NCBI GenBank assembly: GCA_964531165.1 | Contig: CAZHEA010000004.1 | Coordinates: forward strand, 24,476 to 88,475 | DNA: 64,000 nt | Reading direction: 5' to 3' | From: an uncultured Thiotrichaceae bacterium | GTDB lineage: Bacteria > Pseudomonadota > Gammaproteobacteria > SZUA-229 | Shown: piece by piece, positions 28,788 through 43,065 of the stretch | How positions within the stretch are numbered: position 1 is the first letter of the stretch | Layout of the letters: every line of letters begins with the position of its first letter | Position numbers and translations under genes: made by a program | Notes under the pieces: model-generated | Told to the model about the DNA's origin: nothing | What the model saw: only the letters and a program-made list of their open reading frames with translations | The model's database searches: none

Positions 28788-31652
28788 ATGAACGATAAAA
28801 CCAGAGCGTCAATGCAGGATCAGTGGGAAAGCGCAATGCTGGATGCGGGAAGCGCGGCATGGGTGGAAGGTTTGTATGAAAGCTATTTGCAAAACCCAAA
28901 TGATGTCGATAGTCAGTGGCGAGAGTACTTTGGTACCTTACCCAGAATTAATGGTGTGTTGAAAGATACCATTCACTCCGAAGTAAAACAGCAATTCCGG
29001 CGAATTACTGAAAAGAGCGGCGGCACTCAATTGCCGCCATCTCAATCTGTTTCGACTTCTGCGCTTGAGCATGAACGAAAGCAGGTTAAAGTTCTGCAGC
29101 TGATTAATGCATATCGTTTTCGCGGGCATCAAAAAGCGGATGTCGATCCGCTGGGGCGGACTCATACTCCATCTGTTGATGACCTGTCACTTGAAAGCCA
29201 CCAGCTGAGTGATGCTGATTTACAAACGGTGTTTGCTACCGGCTCGCTGTGCGGCCCTGACGAAACGACGTTGCAGGAAATATACAATATTATTAATGAT
29301 GCCTATTGCCGCTCAATAGGTGTCGAGTATATGCACATTACTGAAACCGGAGAAAAGCGCTGGATACAGCAGCGCATAGAGACCGTTAGAGGGCAGGCTG
29401 ATTTAACGGCAACGGAAAAGAAAAATTTATTGAAAAGGCTGATTGCGGCAGAAGGCCTGGAAAAGTATTTACACACAAAGTATGTCGGGCAAAAACGCTT
29501 TTCACTGGAAGGTGGTGAAACACTTATTCCATTAATTCATGAGGCTATTCAACGTTCCGCCAGCCACGGTATGAAAGAAGTCGTGATTGGCATGGCACAT
29601 CGCGGACGATTGAATATGCTGGTGAATGTCATGGGCAAAACGCCAACAGAACTGTTTAGTGAGTTTGAAGGTACTAAAGCCAGTAGCGGACACATGGGTG
29701 ATGTAAAGTATCACATGGGTTTTTCATCTGACCTGCAAACAGATAAAGGTGATATTCACCTTGCGCTGGCATTTAACCCGTCACATCTTGAAATTGTTGC
29801 ACCGGTTGTTGAGGGTGCAGTGCGTGCGCGTCAGGAGCACAGAAAAGATACCGAAGGTGTTGAAGTGTTGCCGATACAGATTCATGGTGATGCGGCGATT
29901 GCGGGCCAGGGTGTGGTGATGGAAACGCTACAAATGTCACAGTCAAGAGGCTATTCCACAAAAGGTAGCCTGCATATTGTAGTGAATAATCAAATTGGTT
30001 TTACCACCAGTAATATTCAGGATAGTCGGTCAACTCATTATTGCACTGATGTCGCCAAGATGGTGGATGCACCAATCTTTCATGTGAACTCGGATGATCC
30101 GGAAGCGGTAATGTTAGTGACGCAAATTGCGCTGGATTACCGTATGGCATTTAAAAAAGATGTGGTGATTGATCTAATTTGTTACCGCCGCCATGGTCAC
30201 AATGAAGCTGATGAACCAGCGGCAACTCAGCCGCTGATGTATAAAAAAATAGCAGCACTGGCAAGCACGCGTACCTTGTATGCTGAAAAATGTGTGCAGG
30301 AAAATATTATTTCAGAAGAAAAAATTAATACGTTGATGCGTCATTATCGGGATGAACTGGACGCAGGGAACTGCGTGGTACCGGGTATATTAAACAGCCA
30401 TAATTTATCTTATGCATTTCATATTGATTGGCATGCTTATGAAAATATTGATCAGCAAGACGAAGCAGAAACAGCAATAAATATGGAAAGATTGCGTTTG
30501 TTGTGTGAGCAATTAGAAAAGCGTCCGCCGGGTTTTGAGTTGCAGCCGCGAGTTGAAAAAATCATGCAGGATCGTCATAAAATGGCGATGGGTGCGCTGG
30601 ATATTGACTGGGGTTTTGCTGAAACTCTGGCGTATGCGAGTCTGGTAACTGAAGGCTATGCGGTTAGATTATCCGGCCAGGATTCCGGTCGCGGTACGTT
30701 TTTTCATCGTCATTCGGTCTGGCATAATCAACTTGATGGCAGCACCTATGTGCCATTAAGAAACATGGCCGAAGAGCAGGCCAATTTTTTAGTGATTGAC
30801 TCATTACTTTCAGAAGCGGCCGTGCTGGCATTTGAATATGGTTATGCCACAGCTGAGCCGGAAACGCTGGTAATATGGGAAGCGCAATTTGGCGATTTTG
30901 CTAATGGCGCACAGGTGGTGATCGATCAGTTTATTGTTGCCGGCGAACAGAAGTGGAATCGTCTGTGTGGGTTAACGATGTTATTGCCACACGGATATGA
31001 GGGGCAGGGTGCTGAGCATTCATCGGCCAGGCTGGAACGGTATTTACAGTTGTGTGCGCAAAATAATATTCAGGTTTGTGTGCCGAGTACACCCGCACAA
31101 ATATTTCATTTATTGCGTCGACAAATTATCAGAAAAAAACGCAAACCATTAATCGTAATGACGCCTAAAAGTTTATTGCGACATAAGTTAGCGGTAAATA
31201 CGCTTGATGATATTTGTAGCGGTCAGTTTCAACGTGTTATAGGTGAAATTGATGATGTGGTAAATGAAAAAGTGAAACGCGTTATTATGTGTAGCGGCAA
31301 AGTTTTTTATGAGTTGTTAATTCAGCGGCGTGCAGCAGAATTAAATAATGTTGTGATTATTCGCATTGAAGAGCTGTATCCATTTCCTGCAGAGTCTTTA
31401 AATATTGCACTGGATCAGTATAAAAACGCCGAGCAGTTAATCTGGTGTCAGGAAGAGCCTAAAAACCAGGGTGCATGGGATTATTTTGAACCGCGCTTTG
31501 CCGCAAAATTAGATCATCCATGTATGGTGGAGTATGTGGGGCGTGAACCATCAGCTGCGCCGGCGGTGGGTTCGGCAAAAGTTCATGCACAGCAGCAGAA
31601 AAAATTAGTGAATGAAGCGCTGGGATTGACGGATGATAAACAAAAAAATTAG
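28788..31652 (+). CDS. sucA: 2-oxoglutarate dehydrogenase E1
   Basis: KRFSLEGGE, GMAHRGRLN, GDVKYHMG, HGDAA ThDP motif, WEAQFGDF. Confidence 0.98.
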   Translation: MNDKTRASMQDQWESAMLDAGSAAWVEGLYESYLQNPNDVDSQWREYFGTLPRINGVLKDTIHSEVKQQFRRITEKSGGTQLPPSQSVSTSALEHERKQVKVLQLINAYRFRGHQKADVDPLGRTHTPSVDDLSLESHQLSDADLQTVFATGSLCGPDETTLQEIYNIINDAYCRSIGVEYMHITETGEKRWIQQRIETVRGQADLTATEKKNLLKRLIAAEGLEKYLHTKYVGQKRFSLEGGETLIPLIHEAIQRSASHGMKEVVIGMAHRGRLNMLVNVMGKTPTELFSEFEGTKASSGHMGDVKYHMGFSSDLQTDKGDIHLALAFNPSHLEIVAPVVEGAVRARQEHRKDTEGVEVLPIQIHGDAAIAGQGVVMETLQMSQSRGYSTKGSLHIVVNNQIGFTTSNIQDSRSTHYCTDVAKMVDAPIFHVNSDDPEAVMLVTQIALDYRMAFKKDVVIDLICYRRHGHNEADEPAATQPLMYKKIAALASTRTLYAEKCVQENIISEEKINTLMRHYRDELDAGNCVVPGILNSHNLSYAFHIDWHAYENIDQQDEAETAINMERLRLLCEQLEKRPPGFELQPRVEKIMQDRHKMAMGALDIDWGFAETLAYASLVTEGYAVRLSGQDSGRGTFFHRHSVWHNQLDGSTYVPLRNMAEEQANFLVIDSLLSEAAVLAFEYGYATAEPETLVIWEAQFGDFANGAQVVIDQFIVAGEQKWNRLCGLTMLLPHGYEGQGAEHSSARLERYLQLCAQNNIQVCVPSTPAQIFHLLRRQIIRKKRKPLIVMTPKSLLRHKLAVNTLDDICSGQFQRVIGEIDDVVNEKVKRVIMCSGKVFYELLIQRRAAELNNVVIIRIEELYPFPAESLNIALDQYKNAEQLIWCQEEPKNQGAWDYFEPRFAAKLDHPCMVEYVGREPSAAPAVGSAKVHAQQQKKLVNEALGLTDDKQKN

Positions 31653-31714
31653 AGCATGATAAAAGTAATTATTAAACAATAATAATTAAGATTGAATAAA
31701 ACAGGAAAGAAAAA

Positions 31715-34389
<2,675 letters not shown>

Positions 34390-34537
34390 ACTATATTAAG
34401 TAAAAACTAAAATATCGAAAATTAAAAATAGATGTAAGTTTTAGTTGTGCATGCAGGTATGAAAAAAACAGACATTAAAATAATGTTATTTTAACAACGC
34501 ATTGCTCCTTTATATTTGAGAGCAAGTGGAGAAAAAC

Positions 34538-35722
34538 ATGAATTTACACGAATACCAGTCCAAACATTTATTTCAGCAATACGGTATGCCTGTGCCTGAT
34601 AATCGTGTGGTGAGTTCAGTGGCGGATGTGTCTGCAGCACTGGACGCACTGGATACGGAAAAATGGGTGATAAAAGCACAGGTACATGCGGGTGGACGAG
34701 GCAAGGCAGGAGGTGTGAAGTTAACAGATAAACGCGATGAAGTGACTCACTTTGTTGGTGAAATGCTGGGTACGAATTTAGTCACATTTCAAACCGACGC
34801 AAAAGGCCAGCCGATTAATCACGTGCTAATTGAAGAAACCTGCAATATTGAAAACGAACTATATTTAGGCGCGGTGATTGACCGTGCTACACGTCGTGTA
34901 GTGATTATGGCATCCACCGAAGGCGGCGTTGAAATTGAAAAAGTAGCTGAACAAACGCCAGAAAAAATTCTGCGCACAACGCTCGACCCAATGCTGGGAT
35001 TGATGCCGTACCAGTGTCGCAAGCTGGCTTTTGGTTTAGGTTTGCATGGCGACCAGGTTAAACAGTTTACAAAATTGTTATCTGGACTGGCGAAGCTGTT
35101 TATTGAAAAAGATTTAGGTCTGGTTGAAATTAATCCGTTGGTGGTGACCAAAGAAGGCAATTTGTTATGTCTCGATGGAAAAATCAATATCGATGATAAT
35201 GCGATTTATCGGCAGCCTGCATTAATGGAAATGCGTGATGCATCGCAGGAAGATGAGCGGGAGAACCGTGCCAAAGAATGGGACTTAAATTATATTGCTT
35301 TAGATGGCAGTATTGGTTGTATGGTAAATGGCGCAGGTCTGGCGATGGCGACTATGGATTTAATTAAATTACACGGTGGTGATCCGGCAAACTTTTTAGA
35401 TGTGGGTGGTGGTGCGACCAAAGAGCGAGTTGCAGAAGCATTTAAAATTATTTTATCTGATAGCAATGTTAAAACCGTATTAGTTAATATTTTTGGTGGC
35501 ATTGTGCGTTGCGACCTGATCGCCGAGGGCATTATTGGTGCCATTGAAGATGTGGGGGTTAAGGTTCCGATTGTGGTTCGGCTGGAGGGTAATAATGCGC
35601 AAATTGGTTCTGAGTTATTAAAAAATAGCGGCCTGAATATTACCGCCGCCAGTGGCTTAATTGATGCGGCTGAAAAAGCCGTTGCCGCCGCCAAAGATAA
35701 TACAACGGGAACAAAGTCATGA
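34538..35722 (+). CDS. sucC: Succinyl-CoA synthetase beta subunit
   Basis: [33 protein letters not shown]. Confidence 0.98.
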   Translation: MNLHEYQSKHLFQQYGMPVPDNRVVSSVADVSAALDALDTEKWVIKAQVHAGGRGKAGGVKLTDKRDEVTHFVGEMLGTNLVTFQTDAKGQPINHVLIEETCNIENELYLGAVIDRATRRVVIMASTEGGVEIEKVAEQTPEKILRTTLDPMLGLMPYQCRKLAFGLGLHGDQVKQFTKLLSGLAKLFIEKDLGLVEINPLVVTKEGNLLCLDGKINIDDNAIYRQPALMEMRDASQEDERENRAKEWDLNYIALDGSIGCMVNGAGLAMATMDLIKLHGGDPANFLDVGGGATKERVAEAFKIILSDSNVKTVLVNIFGGIVRCDLIAEGIIGAIEDVGVKVPIVVRLEGNNAQIGSELLKNSGLNITAASGLIDAAEKAVAAAKDNTTGTKS

Positions 35723-36594
35723 GTGTATTAATTAACAGTGAAACCAAAGTTATCTGTCAGGGCTTTACCGGCAAGCAGGGCACGTTTCATTCTGAGCAGG
35801 CGATCGCTTATGGAACGCAAATGGTCGGCGGTGTTACGCCAGGCAAAGGCGGGCAAATACATTTAGATCTGCCAGTGTTTAATACTGTGCGTGATGCGGT
35901 GAATCATACTGCGGCTACGGCATCTGTCATTTATGTGCCAGCTCCATTTTGTAAAGATTCTATTTTAGAAGCAGTCGATGCAGGTATTGAATTAATTGTT
36001 TGTATTACTGAAGGTATTCCCACACTGGATATGCTGGAAGTTAAAATTGCTGTAGATCAGGCCGGAGCTAAACTAATTGGCCCCAACTGTCCAGGTGTTA
36101 TTACACCCGGTGAATGTAAAATTGGCATAATGCCAGGTGAAATTCATTTGCCGGGCAAGGTTGGTATTGTATCTCGATCTGGTACATTAACCTATGAAGC
36201 GGTTAAACAAACCACCGATTTAGGCTTTGGCCAAACCACCTGTATAGGTATAGGTGGCGACCCGATACCCGGTATGAATTTTGTGGACTGTCTGCGAATG
36301 TTTGAAGCTGATCCACAAACCGAAGCGATTTTAATGGTAGGTGAAATCGGCGGTACGGCGGAAGAAGAAGCAGCAGAATTTATTCAGACCAGTGTGTCTA
36401 AACCGGTAGCCGGTTTTATTGCCGGTGGCACAGCGCCCAAAGGTAAACGCATGGGGCATGCAGGGGCGATTATTGCTGGTGGTAAAGGCACGGCGGAAGA
36501 AAAATTTAAAGCATTAGAAGCCGCAGGTGTCACGATTACACGTTCGCCGGCGGGGTTAGGCGCTGCGGTTGCTGAAGCCACGGGCTGGAAATGA
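35719..36594 (+). CDS. sucD: Succinyl-CoA synthetase alpha subunit
   Basis: [24 protein letters not shown] phospho-His. Confidence 0.98.
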   Translation: MSVLINSETKVICQGFTGKQGTFHSEQAIAYGTQMVGGVTPGKGGQIHLDLPVFNTVRDAVNHTAATASVIYVPAPFCKDSILEAVDAGIELIVCITEGIPTLDMLEVKIAVDQAGAKLIGPNCPGVITPGECKIGIMPGEIHLPGKVGIVSRSGTLTYEAVKQTTDLGFGQTTCIGIGGDPIPGMNFVDCLRMFEADPQTEAILMVGEIGGTAEEEAAEFIQTSVSKPVAGFIAGGTAPKGKRMGHAGAIIAGGKGTAEEKFKALEAAGVTITRSPAGLGAAVAEATGWK

Positions 36595-36656
36595 AATTTC
36601 AAAAATTAAGACAATGAAATCAGTCTTTATTGAGGCGTCTATTTATTCATAGGCAG

Positions 36657-37190
36657 TTATAAATCGGTTTTCTTTGTATGTAACGCTTCTGTTGTTATTT
36701 TATACTCAATTGAGCGAAAGTATGCATCGATGTAGTTCGAGCCGATGCCTGAAATATGATTGAGTATTTTTGGTAAGAGATCAGGTATCTGCTTCTCTTC
36801 CAGTATGGTGAGTGTTGAAAGCTGACCGCCTTCGCGGGGATCGACAGTAAAGTGTAAGGTGCCTGAATTTACAGATTTATTGTCTATTTTTTCAATCGTA
36901 TATAGGTGCTCTGCTTGAAGGCGAGTAGCTTGTAATGTGTTGTGACTCCATCTTCATTAATCTCCTTCCACTCGCACGTATGTAGACGTGCCGGGTATTT
37001 CTGTAACTGAATAAATATTTTTGCGCCACTGAGGGTATTGTTTGAAATCAAATATGAGCAGCCAGACATATTCGGCAGAACGATTATATGTATGGCTGTC
37101 GCTGTCGCGATAAATGCTGGGTAATGTGTTGGCATACAAGAAAATGCTGACGATTAAAGAGATAAGTAAAATAAAAGCGGCTTGTTTCAT
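36657..37190 (-). pseudogene. SRPBCC (START-like) family gene disrupted by two compensating frameshifts
   Basis: N-part (VW..IFDFKQYPQWR) and C-part (IEKIDNKSVNSGTLHFTV...YIDAYFRSI...KTDL*) share a frame; middle WKEINEDG..YKL is in the +1 frame; in-frame TAA TGA near 36954-36959. Confidence 0.7.
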
Positions 37191-37236
37191 AAATTAACTA
37201 TCAAATTAATTGGCTGATTTAATCTCTGCTGGCAGT

Positions 37237-37755
37237 TTATACAGGGCCAATGTTGATGCCTAAAGAAATGCGGCATATTGTGCTTAAGTTTTTACTGACT
37301 TTATGGGGTAAATCAGGAGGAAAAAAAACAAACATTCCCTGTTCCGGTTCTACCTGTATTTTTATGGGTGCCTTTTCAAGCTGCAGCGTACCAGACTCTT
37401 CAGCAACCTGTATGTAATATACGGCAGAAAGTAATTCATCATCATCATCATGACGATGCATTGTAGTTTCATCGCCTGGATTCATTACATTAAACCACAG
37501 CCCGGCTTTGAGTGAGTTAGCGGAGCAATCTAGAATATCGGCTGCAAACGTTCTGGCGGCGATTAATATCTGTGAAAGCGCAGGAATTTTATCATTATTA
37601 ATATAAATATTTTCATAGCGATCGCCAAAGAAATGCGATTTACGCGTTAGGTCATCGTCTATATGTTTATTGAGACCCTCAATAAGCCGTTTATTTATAT
37701 TCTGAAAATCGTCCAGGTGTTGAGTGTTCAGGGTGAAGTATTTTAAGTTATTCAT
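37237..37755 (-). CDS. Putative 2OG-Fe(II) oxygenase
   Basis: WFNVMNPG..T.MHRH...LSAVYY...FFPPDLPHKV...RISLGIN. Confidence 0.85.
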   Translation of the reverse strand: MNNLKYFTLNTQHLDDFQNINKRLIEGLNKHIDDDLTRKSHFFGDRYENIYINNDKIPALSQILIAARTFAADILDCSANSLKAGLWFNVMNPGDETTMHRHDDDDELLSAVYYIQVAEESGTLQLEKAPIKIQVEPEQGMFVFFPPDLPHKVSKNLSTICRISLGINIGPV

Positions 37756-38240
37756 ATATTAGAATATTCGCTCTTAATGCTATAAGCCATGATATCAACT
37801 TTTTCTTGATGATAGAAGGTGCTTTCAATTAGTTGCCAACCACGCCTGAGATAAAAGTTCATTTTATCCGCAGTGAATAAATAGAGTGTTTTAATCTGCT
37901 TCTGTTGAGCGCACCTGATGCAGCGCTCGATAAGTTGAGTTGCGACCCCCTGATTACGGTAGTCGCTATGCACGTAAACGCTAGCTAACCATGGCCCCAA
38001 ATGCCGGTGAGTCTCCATGTCTGATTCCACAAGGCTGGCAGAGCCTACAGGCTGATTTTTGCTAAGTGCCACAAAACAGGTGGGTATGTCTACTGAACTT
38101 ATATAAGAGCGATAGAGCATAATACGTAAATCAGTAGTTAAATCTGGACTGATAAGATGCCACTGATTCTGGTGCCATTGAGCAATAGTCGGGATGAACT
38201 CAGCATGATCGCCTAAAAAGTGAATTTTAACAGAATCCAA
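37752..38240 (-). CDS. GNAT family N-acetyltransferase
   Basis: PWLASVYVHSDYRNQGVAT acetyl-CoA motif, FYLRRGW. Confidence 0.9.
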   Translation of the reverse strand: MDSVKIHFLGDHAEFIPTIAQWHQNQWHLISPDLTTDLRIMLYRSYISSVDIPTCFVALSKNQPVGSASLVESDMETHRHLGPWLASVYVHSDYRNQGVATQLIERCIRCAQQKQIKTLYLFTADKMNFYLRRGWQLIESTFYHQEKVDIMAYSIKSEYSNI

Positions 38241-38364
38241 TGTGTAGCTACCTGCAATGCATGAAAAAAACGTCTATTCTAATAGGTATTCAAAATTATT
38301 GTGCAGAATTAAGTAAGCATTAATTATAAATGACAAACCAGTTAATAACGAAAGAGTGAAATAT

Positions 38365-38949
38365 ATGAAAAACAACAAAATTTTAATTGTTGATGATACC
38401 CCCTCAATACATGAAGATTTTCGAAAAATATTAATGTCATCAAATACATCGGCTGGTGACCTTGACGAAATGGCGGATAGCCTGTTTGGAACAACTGAGC
38501 AGGATCCGGTGTTTAAAGATATTAACTATGAATTAGAGTCAGCGTTTCAAGGCGAAGAAGCTTTGAAAATGATTGAAAAAGCTGAGCTGGAAGGTGATGG
38601 CTATTCACTGATTTTTATGGATGTACGTATGCCACCAGGACTGGATGGAATCAAAACCATCGCCAAAATTTGGGAGCAATATCCGAGTATGGAAATTGTT
38701 ATTTGTACGGCATATTCAGATTATTCATGGGTAGACATTATTGACATATTAGGTCCGTCAGATCATTTGTTGGTACTAAAAAAGCCATTTGATGCAGATG
38801 AAGCGCAACAAATGGCGCTGGCTATGACTCGTAGAGCCGCCAAGTCATCAGAGCAACTAAGGCAGATTGATAGTTTGAAGTCTAGTTTGTATGAATGTCA
38901 CGAAAATGTTGAAAGGCTTAAAAAAGAAATAGAAGATAAAAAAATATAA
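38365..38949 (+). CDS. Response regulator: receiver domain plus short coiled coil
   Basis: ILIVDD, FMDVRMPPGLDG, CTAYSD, LKKPF. Confidence 0.9.
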   Translation: MKNNKILIVDDTPSIHEDFRKILMSSNTSAGDLDEMADSLFGTTEQDPVFKDINYELESAFQGEEALKMIEKAELEGDGYSLIFMDVRMPPGLDGIKTIAKIWEQYPSMEIVICTAYSDYSWVDIIDILGPSDHLLVLKKPFDADEAQQMALAMTRRAAKSSEQLRQIDSLKSSLYECHENVERLKKEIEDKKI

Positions 38950-39023
38950 TTAAGGAGGTATACATTTATCTGTAATTAAAAAAACATCAGATCATATACG
39001 TAGAAATTTTAAAAATAAATAAA

Positions 39024-40778
39024 ATGAGTGTAGTTAAAAATCTCAGTATTGAAAAAAAACTCATAATTGTCTATATGAGTATTACAGGTGTGATTTTGAC
39101 GCTTGGGTTTTCAATTGTCGCTAATATTAATTATACCAGCTCTAAAAATGATGTTATTCGCGGTCTAAATGTAGTGGCTGAAATAGTTGCTGATAGTAGT
39201 GCTACATCACTGGCTTTTGCAGATGCGTTATCTGCAAGTACGTACCTAATGTTATTGAAATCTCAGCCTTCTATTGTTTATGCCTGTATTCGTACGGCCG
39301 AAAATAAAATGTTTGTTGAGTATGAATTCAAAAAATCCCCAAAAAATATCTGTGATAGTTTCAATAGAATAGAAGACACCAGAGTAGACGGTGAGTATCT
39401 TGATGTATACAAGCCTATAGAGTTAGATGGCTATATGGTCGGCAGCTTGCAGATAAAATCAAGTTTAAAAGATTTAACCGATCGAACAATAAAGAGTGCC
39501 TATATCTCGCTGCTTATATTTATAGGCTTGATGCTACCGGCAGTGTTTGTATCAAAAAAAATATTGCGCTATATAACCGATCCGATAAAAAATCTTAAGG
39601 ACATTGCGAAAACGGTAACCAAAAATAAAGATTATAGTTTACGCATGAAAAAATCATCTGATGACGAGTTAGGTGTGTTGATAGATGCATTCAACAATAT
39701 GTTAGAACAGATACAAAATAGAGATCAGGAGCTTGTTAAAGAGAAAGATAAGGCGGAAATTTCGGCTGTTACGGCAAAAGACTATGCGCTACAAACTGAG
39801 AAAATAAATCGTCAACTGGAAAGCGAGATAAAAGAAAGATCAAGAATCGAGTGTGAGTTGAAAGATCTGAATGAGACGCTGGAAGAAAAAGTCAATGACC
39901 GAACGTCAGAGCTAAAAGAGTTGAATGTAAAAATTGCTGATATCGCGAGAAGTGCAGGCATGGCTGAAGTGGCTAGTGGAGTTCTGCATAACGTGGGTAA
40001 TGTATTAAATAGTGTCAATGTGTCTGCATCAGTGATAAGGGAAAAAGTTAGAAGTACAAAAGCAGGGAATTTGACGAGAGTGGTGTCCATGCTTGAAAAA
40101 AATCAGAATAACATAGCAGAATTTATCAGTAGTGATGATACCGGGAAACAAATACCAAAATTTTTAGCATTGTTGGCAGAACAATTAAGCAAGGAAAAAG
40201 ACAGCATGTATGCAGAGCTGGATGATCTGGTGAATAATATAGATCACATAAAAAATGTTATCAGTATGCAGCAATCATATGCGGGTAGTTATGGTGTTAG
40301 AGAAAAGGTTGTGTTGTCTGATTTAATTGAAGATGCATTGAGAATGAATGTGCAGGGCATGGGCGAATATGGTGTGAGAGTAGTCAGATCCTATAAAAGC
40401 ATCGCACAATTATATGTGGATAAGCATAAGGTTCTGCAGATAATGATAAATCTTATAAGTAATGCAAAGCATGCAATTATAGAAAGTGATAAGGATGTAA
40501 AAAATTTAACAATTAAAATATCTACGGATGGGGAGTTTGCAAAACTGGAAGTTAGTGATACGGGTATTGGAATTGCAAAGCAGGATATAGAACACCTGTT
40601 TGAATACGGCTTTAAAAAGCGCCGTGATGGGCATGGCTTCGGCTTGCACCATAGCGCAATAGTGGCAAACGAGTTGGGTGGTAGGATTTCAGTTGAAAGC
40701 GATGGCCCTGATAAGGGCGCGAGTTTTTATTTATGGTTGCCATATAATGACACCAAAATCAGGCAAACTAGCCCATGA
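39024..40778 (+). CDS. Membrane sensor histidine kinase (periplasmic sensor, HAMP, HisKA, HATPase)
   Basis: Two TMs, [26 protein letters not shown]-box, [20 protein letters not shown]. Confidence 0.93.
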   Translation: MSVVKNLSIEKKLIIVYMSITGVILTLGFSIVANINYTSSKNDVIRGLNVVAEIVADSSATSLAFADALSASTYLMLLKSQPSIVYACIRTAENKMFVEYEFKKSPKNICDSFNRIEDTRVDGEYLDVYKPIELDGYMVGSLQIKSSLKDLTDRTIKSAYISLLIFIGLMLPAVFVSKKILRYITDPIKNLKDIAKTVTKNKDYSLRMKKSSDDELGVLIDAFNNMLEQIQNRDQELVKEKDKAEISAVTAKDYALQTEKINRQLESEIKERSRIECELKDLNETLEEKVNDRTSELKELNVKIADIARSAGMAEVASGVLHNVGNVLNSVNVSASVIREKVRSTKAGNLTRVVSMLEKNQNNIAEFISSDDTGKQIPKFLALLAEQLSKEKDSMYAELDDLVNNIDHIKNVISMQQSYAGSYGVREKVVLSDLIEDALRMNVQGMGEYGVRVVRSYKSIAQLYVDKHKVLQIMINLISNAKHAIIESDKDVKNLTIKISTDGEFAKLEVSDTGIGIAKQDIEHLFEYGFKKRRDGHGFGLHHSAIVANELGGRISVESDGPDKGASFYLWLPYNDTKIRQTSP

Positions 40779-42955
40779 AAGAGCATAAGAATCGTAGGAT
40801 ATTAATCATCGATGATGACACCAGAATACATGAGGATTTCAGAAAAATTCTGGGTGAAAAAGAAAATAAAACTGAATATGATGAAATTGAGGCGAGTTTG
40901 TTTTCTGATGATGAGATTGGCCCGGCATCCATTGAGTATGAGCTGGATTCAGCATATCAGGGTGAAGAAGGCTGTAAAAAAGTTGTTGCTGCAAATGCGG
41001 AAGGTCGGCCTTATGCAATGGCATTTATTGATATGCGTATGCCACCAGGCTGGGATGGTCTTGAAACAATAAAAAATATATGGGTAATTGATTCGCAGAT
41101 TCAACTGGTTATATGTACAGCGTATTCAGATTATTCGTGGAATGAAGTGCTTTATCATCTTGGGGCATCTGATCGATTAATTATTCTAAAAAAACCATTT
41201 GATATGGTTGAAGTCCAGCAGTTATCAACTGCACTTACAACCAAATGGAACTTAAGCAAAGAAAGCATTTCACGTTTACATCAAATTGAAGAGTCAGAGG
41301 AAAAATATCGTACGGTTGTTGATAGTGTAGAAGATACAATTATGACACTGGATAAAGATGGTAATATTTTGTTCGTAAACCATAATCCATGGAGAATGAT
41401 CAATCAGGCGGTTGGCGGAAATTATTACATAGACATCAAGGATGGCTATCGTGAAAAGATAATGAATACGGTTAAAGAAGTGTTTGAAAAAGGCGAAAAT
41501 AGAAATATAGAATATGCAATGTCTAAGGGTAATAATGAAATTTCATGGTCAGAGGGACGAATCACTCCTTATTATAAAAACGATGAAGTAGTTGCCGTAA
41601 CTTTAGTTGCTAGTGATATTTCAGCAAGAAAAGCGCTTAACTGGCAGTTACGCCATGATGAGTTGACTGGCCTGGCTAATCGTACGGAGTTTTCAAGTTT
41701 TGTAGATGCTGGTATCAATGAAATATCACACACTGGAAAGAAGTTTGTTTTATTCATAGATCTTGATCATTTCAATTTAATTAATGAATTTTTCGGTCAT
41801 GAGTTGGGTGATAAATTATTGATTGCCGTTTCTAAGTTGTTAAATAAAAAAATCGGTAAAAATGAAATTCTGGCAAGGCTGGGAGGGGATGAGTTTGCTA
41901 TTTACAAATGTATAGAGGCTGATGAAACGGGAGTGAAAGAGTTCGCTGCATCTATAAATGAAATGCTAAAGCAACCGTTAAATATAGATGGTTTCGATAT
42001 ATATCCGTCAGCCAGTATCGGCGTTGTTGTAATAGAAGACACTGATCGCTCTGTGACGCGACTGCTACAGGATGGCGATACTGCTTTGTATCATGCTAAA
42101 TCAAGAGGTAGAAATCGTTTTGAGTGTTTTGATAAAAATATGCGAGAACGTGTAGTTAAGCGTGTGAATCTTGGAAATGAACTACGACAGGCAATTGAAA
42201 AAAATGAGTTTGAAACATATTATCAGCCATTTACTAACTTAAATGAAAAAAGAGTTAGTGGGTTTGAGGCGCTGATTAGATGGAATCACCCTGATAAAGG
42301 TATAATTTTACCGGATGAATTTATTCCGGTAGCTGAGGAAACAGGCTTGATTTTTCTGATAACACGAAAAATGTTAGACATGGTTTGTAAGCAAATTAAA
42401 AGTTGGCTTGATCTAGGCCTGGAGGACATAAAAGTTGCAGTTAACTGCTCGGCTAGAGATTTTAATGAGCAAAATATGCAAGAAATTATGCAAGAAACAG
42501 CGAAGAAATATAATGTTGGTTTTAATCAGCTGGAACTGGAATTAACCGAAGGCAGCATTATGGATGATGTGGAAAAAACGATTGAGAATATGCAAAAGTT
42601 AACTGATATGGGATTGAATATTTCAATTGATGATTTCGGTACCGGGTATTCGTCTTTCAGTTATATTAAAAGGTTTGCTATCGACAAGCTGAAAATTGAT
42701 CGCGAATTTATAAAAGATACACCGGAGGATGATGATGACGTGGCAATTGTGGAGGCAATTATAGCAATGGCCCACCGGCTAAAGCTGAAGGTTGTTGCTG
42801 AAGGCGTTGAAACAGCAGAGCAGCTTGAGTTTCTTAAAAAAGCCAAATGCGATGTTATTCAGGGCTATTTGTTAGGTGAGCCAATGACAGCAGAAGAAGC
42901 GACAAGACGATTGCAGGCTCAAGACTGGCCTAATCAGAATCTTATTAAAACATAA
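40775..42955 (+). CDS. REC-PAS-GGDEF-EAL c-di-GMP enzyme
   Basis: Receiver (FIDMRMPPGWDG), PAS, RLGGDEF, FEALIRW, DDFGTGYSS. Confidence 0.95.
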   Translation: MKEHKNRRILIIDDDTRIHEDFRKILGEKENKTEYDEIEASLFSDDEIGPASIEYELDSAYQGEEGCKKVVAANAEGRPYAMAFIDMRMPPGWDGLETIKNIWVIDSQIQLVICTAYSDYSWNEVLYHLGASDRLIILKKPFDMVEVQQLSTALTTKWNLSKESISRLHQIEESEEKYRTVVDSVEDTIMTLDKDGNILFVNHNPWRMINQAVGGNYYIDIKDGYREKIMNTVKEVFEKGENRNIEYAMSKGNNEISWSEGRITPYYKNDEVVAVTLVASDISARKALNWQLRHDELTGLANRTEFSSFVDAGINEISHTGKKFVLFIDLDHFNLINEFFGHELGDKLLIAVSKLLNKKIGKNEILARLGGDEFAIYKCIEADETGVKEFAASINEMLKQPLNIDGFDIYPSASIGVVVIEDTDRSVTRLLQDGDTALYHAKSRGRNRFECFDKNMRERVVKRVNLGNELRQAIEKNEFETYYQPFTNLNEKRVSGFEALIRWNHPDKGIILPDEFIPVAEETGLIFLITRKMLDMVCKQIKSWLDLGLEDIKVAVNCSARDFNEQNMQEIMQETAKKYNVGFNQLELELTEGSIMDDVEKTIENMQKLTDMGLNISIDDFGTGYSSFSYIKRFAIDKLKIDREFIKDTPEDDDDVAIVEAIIAMAHRLKLKVVAEGVETAEQLEFLKKAKCDVIQGYLLGEPMTAEEATRRLQAQDWPNQNLIKT

Positions 42956-43065
42956 TTCAGTATGTTCAATATCTATCACTGCTTAATAATTGATTAGCTA
43001 ATTTGGTTTAATATCTAAGTGGCAAGTATTTAACTTCCTGTTAAAATAGCCCGTTCTATAAATCT

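Noticed and set aside
35290-35694. Long antisense ORFs over sucC, and similar ones over sucB, lpd, rph and the secreted proteins
   Set aside because: Shadow frames of real genes with no RBS or family motifs
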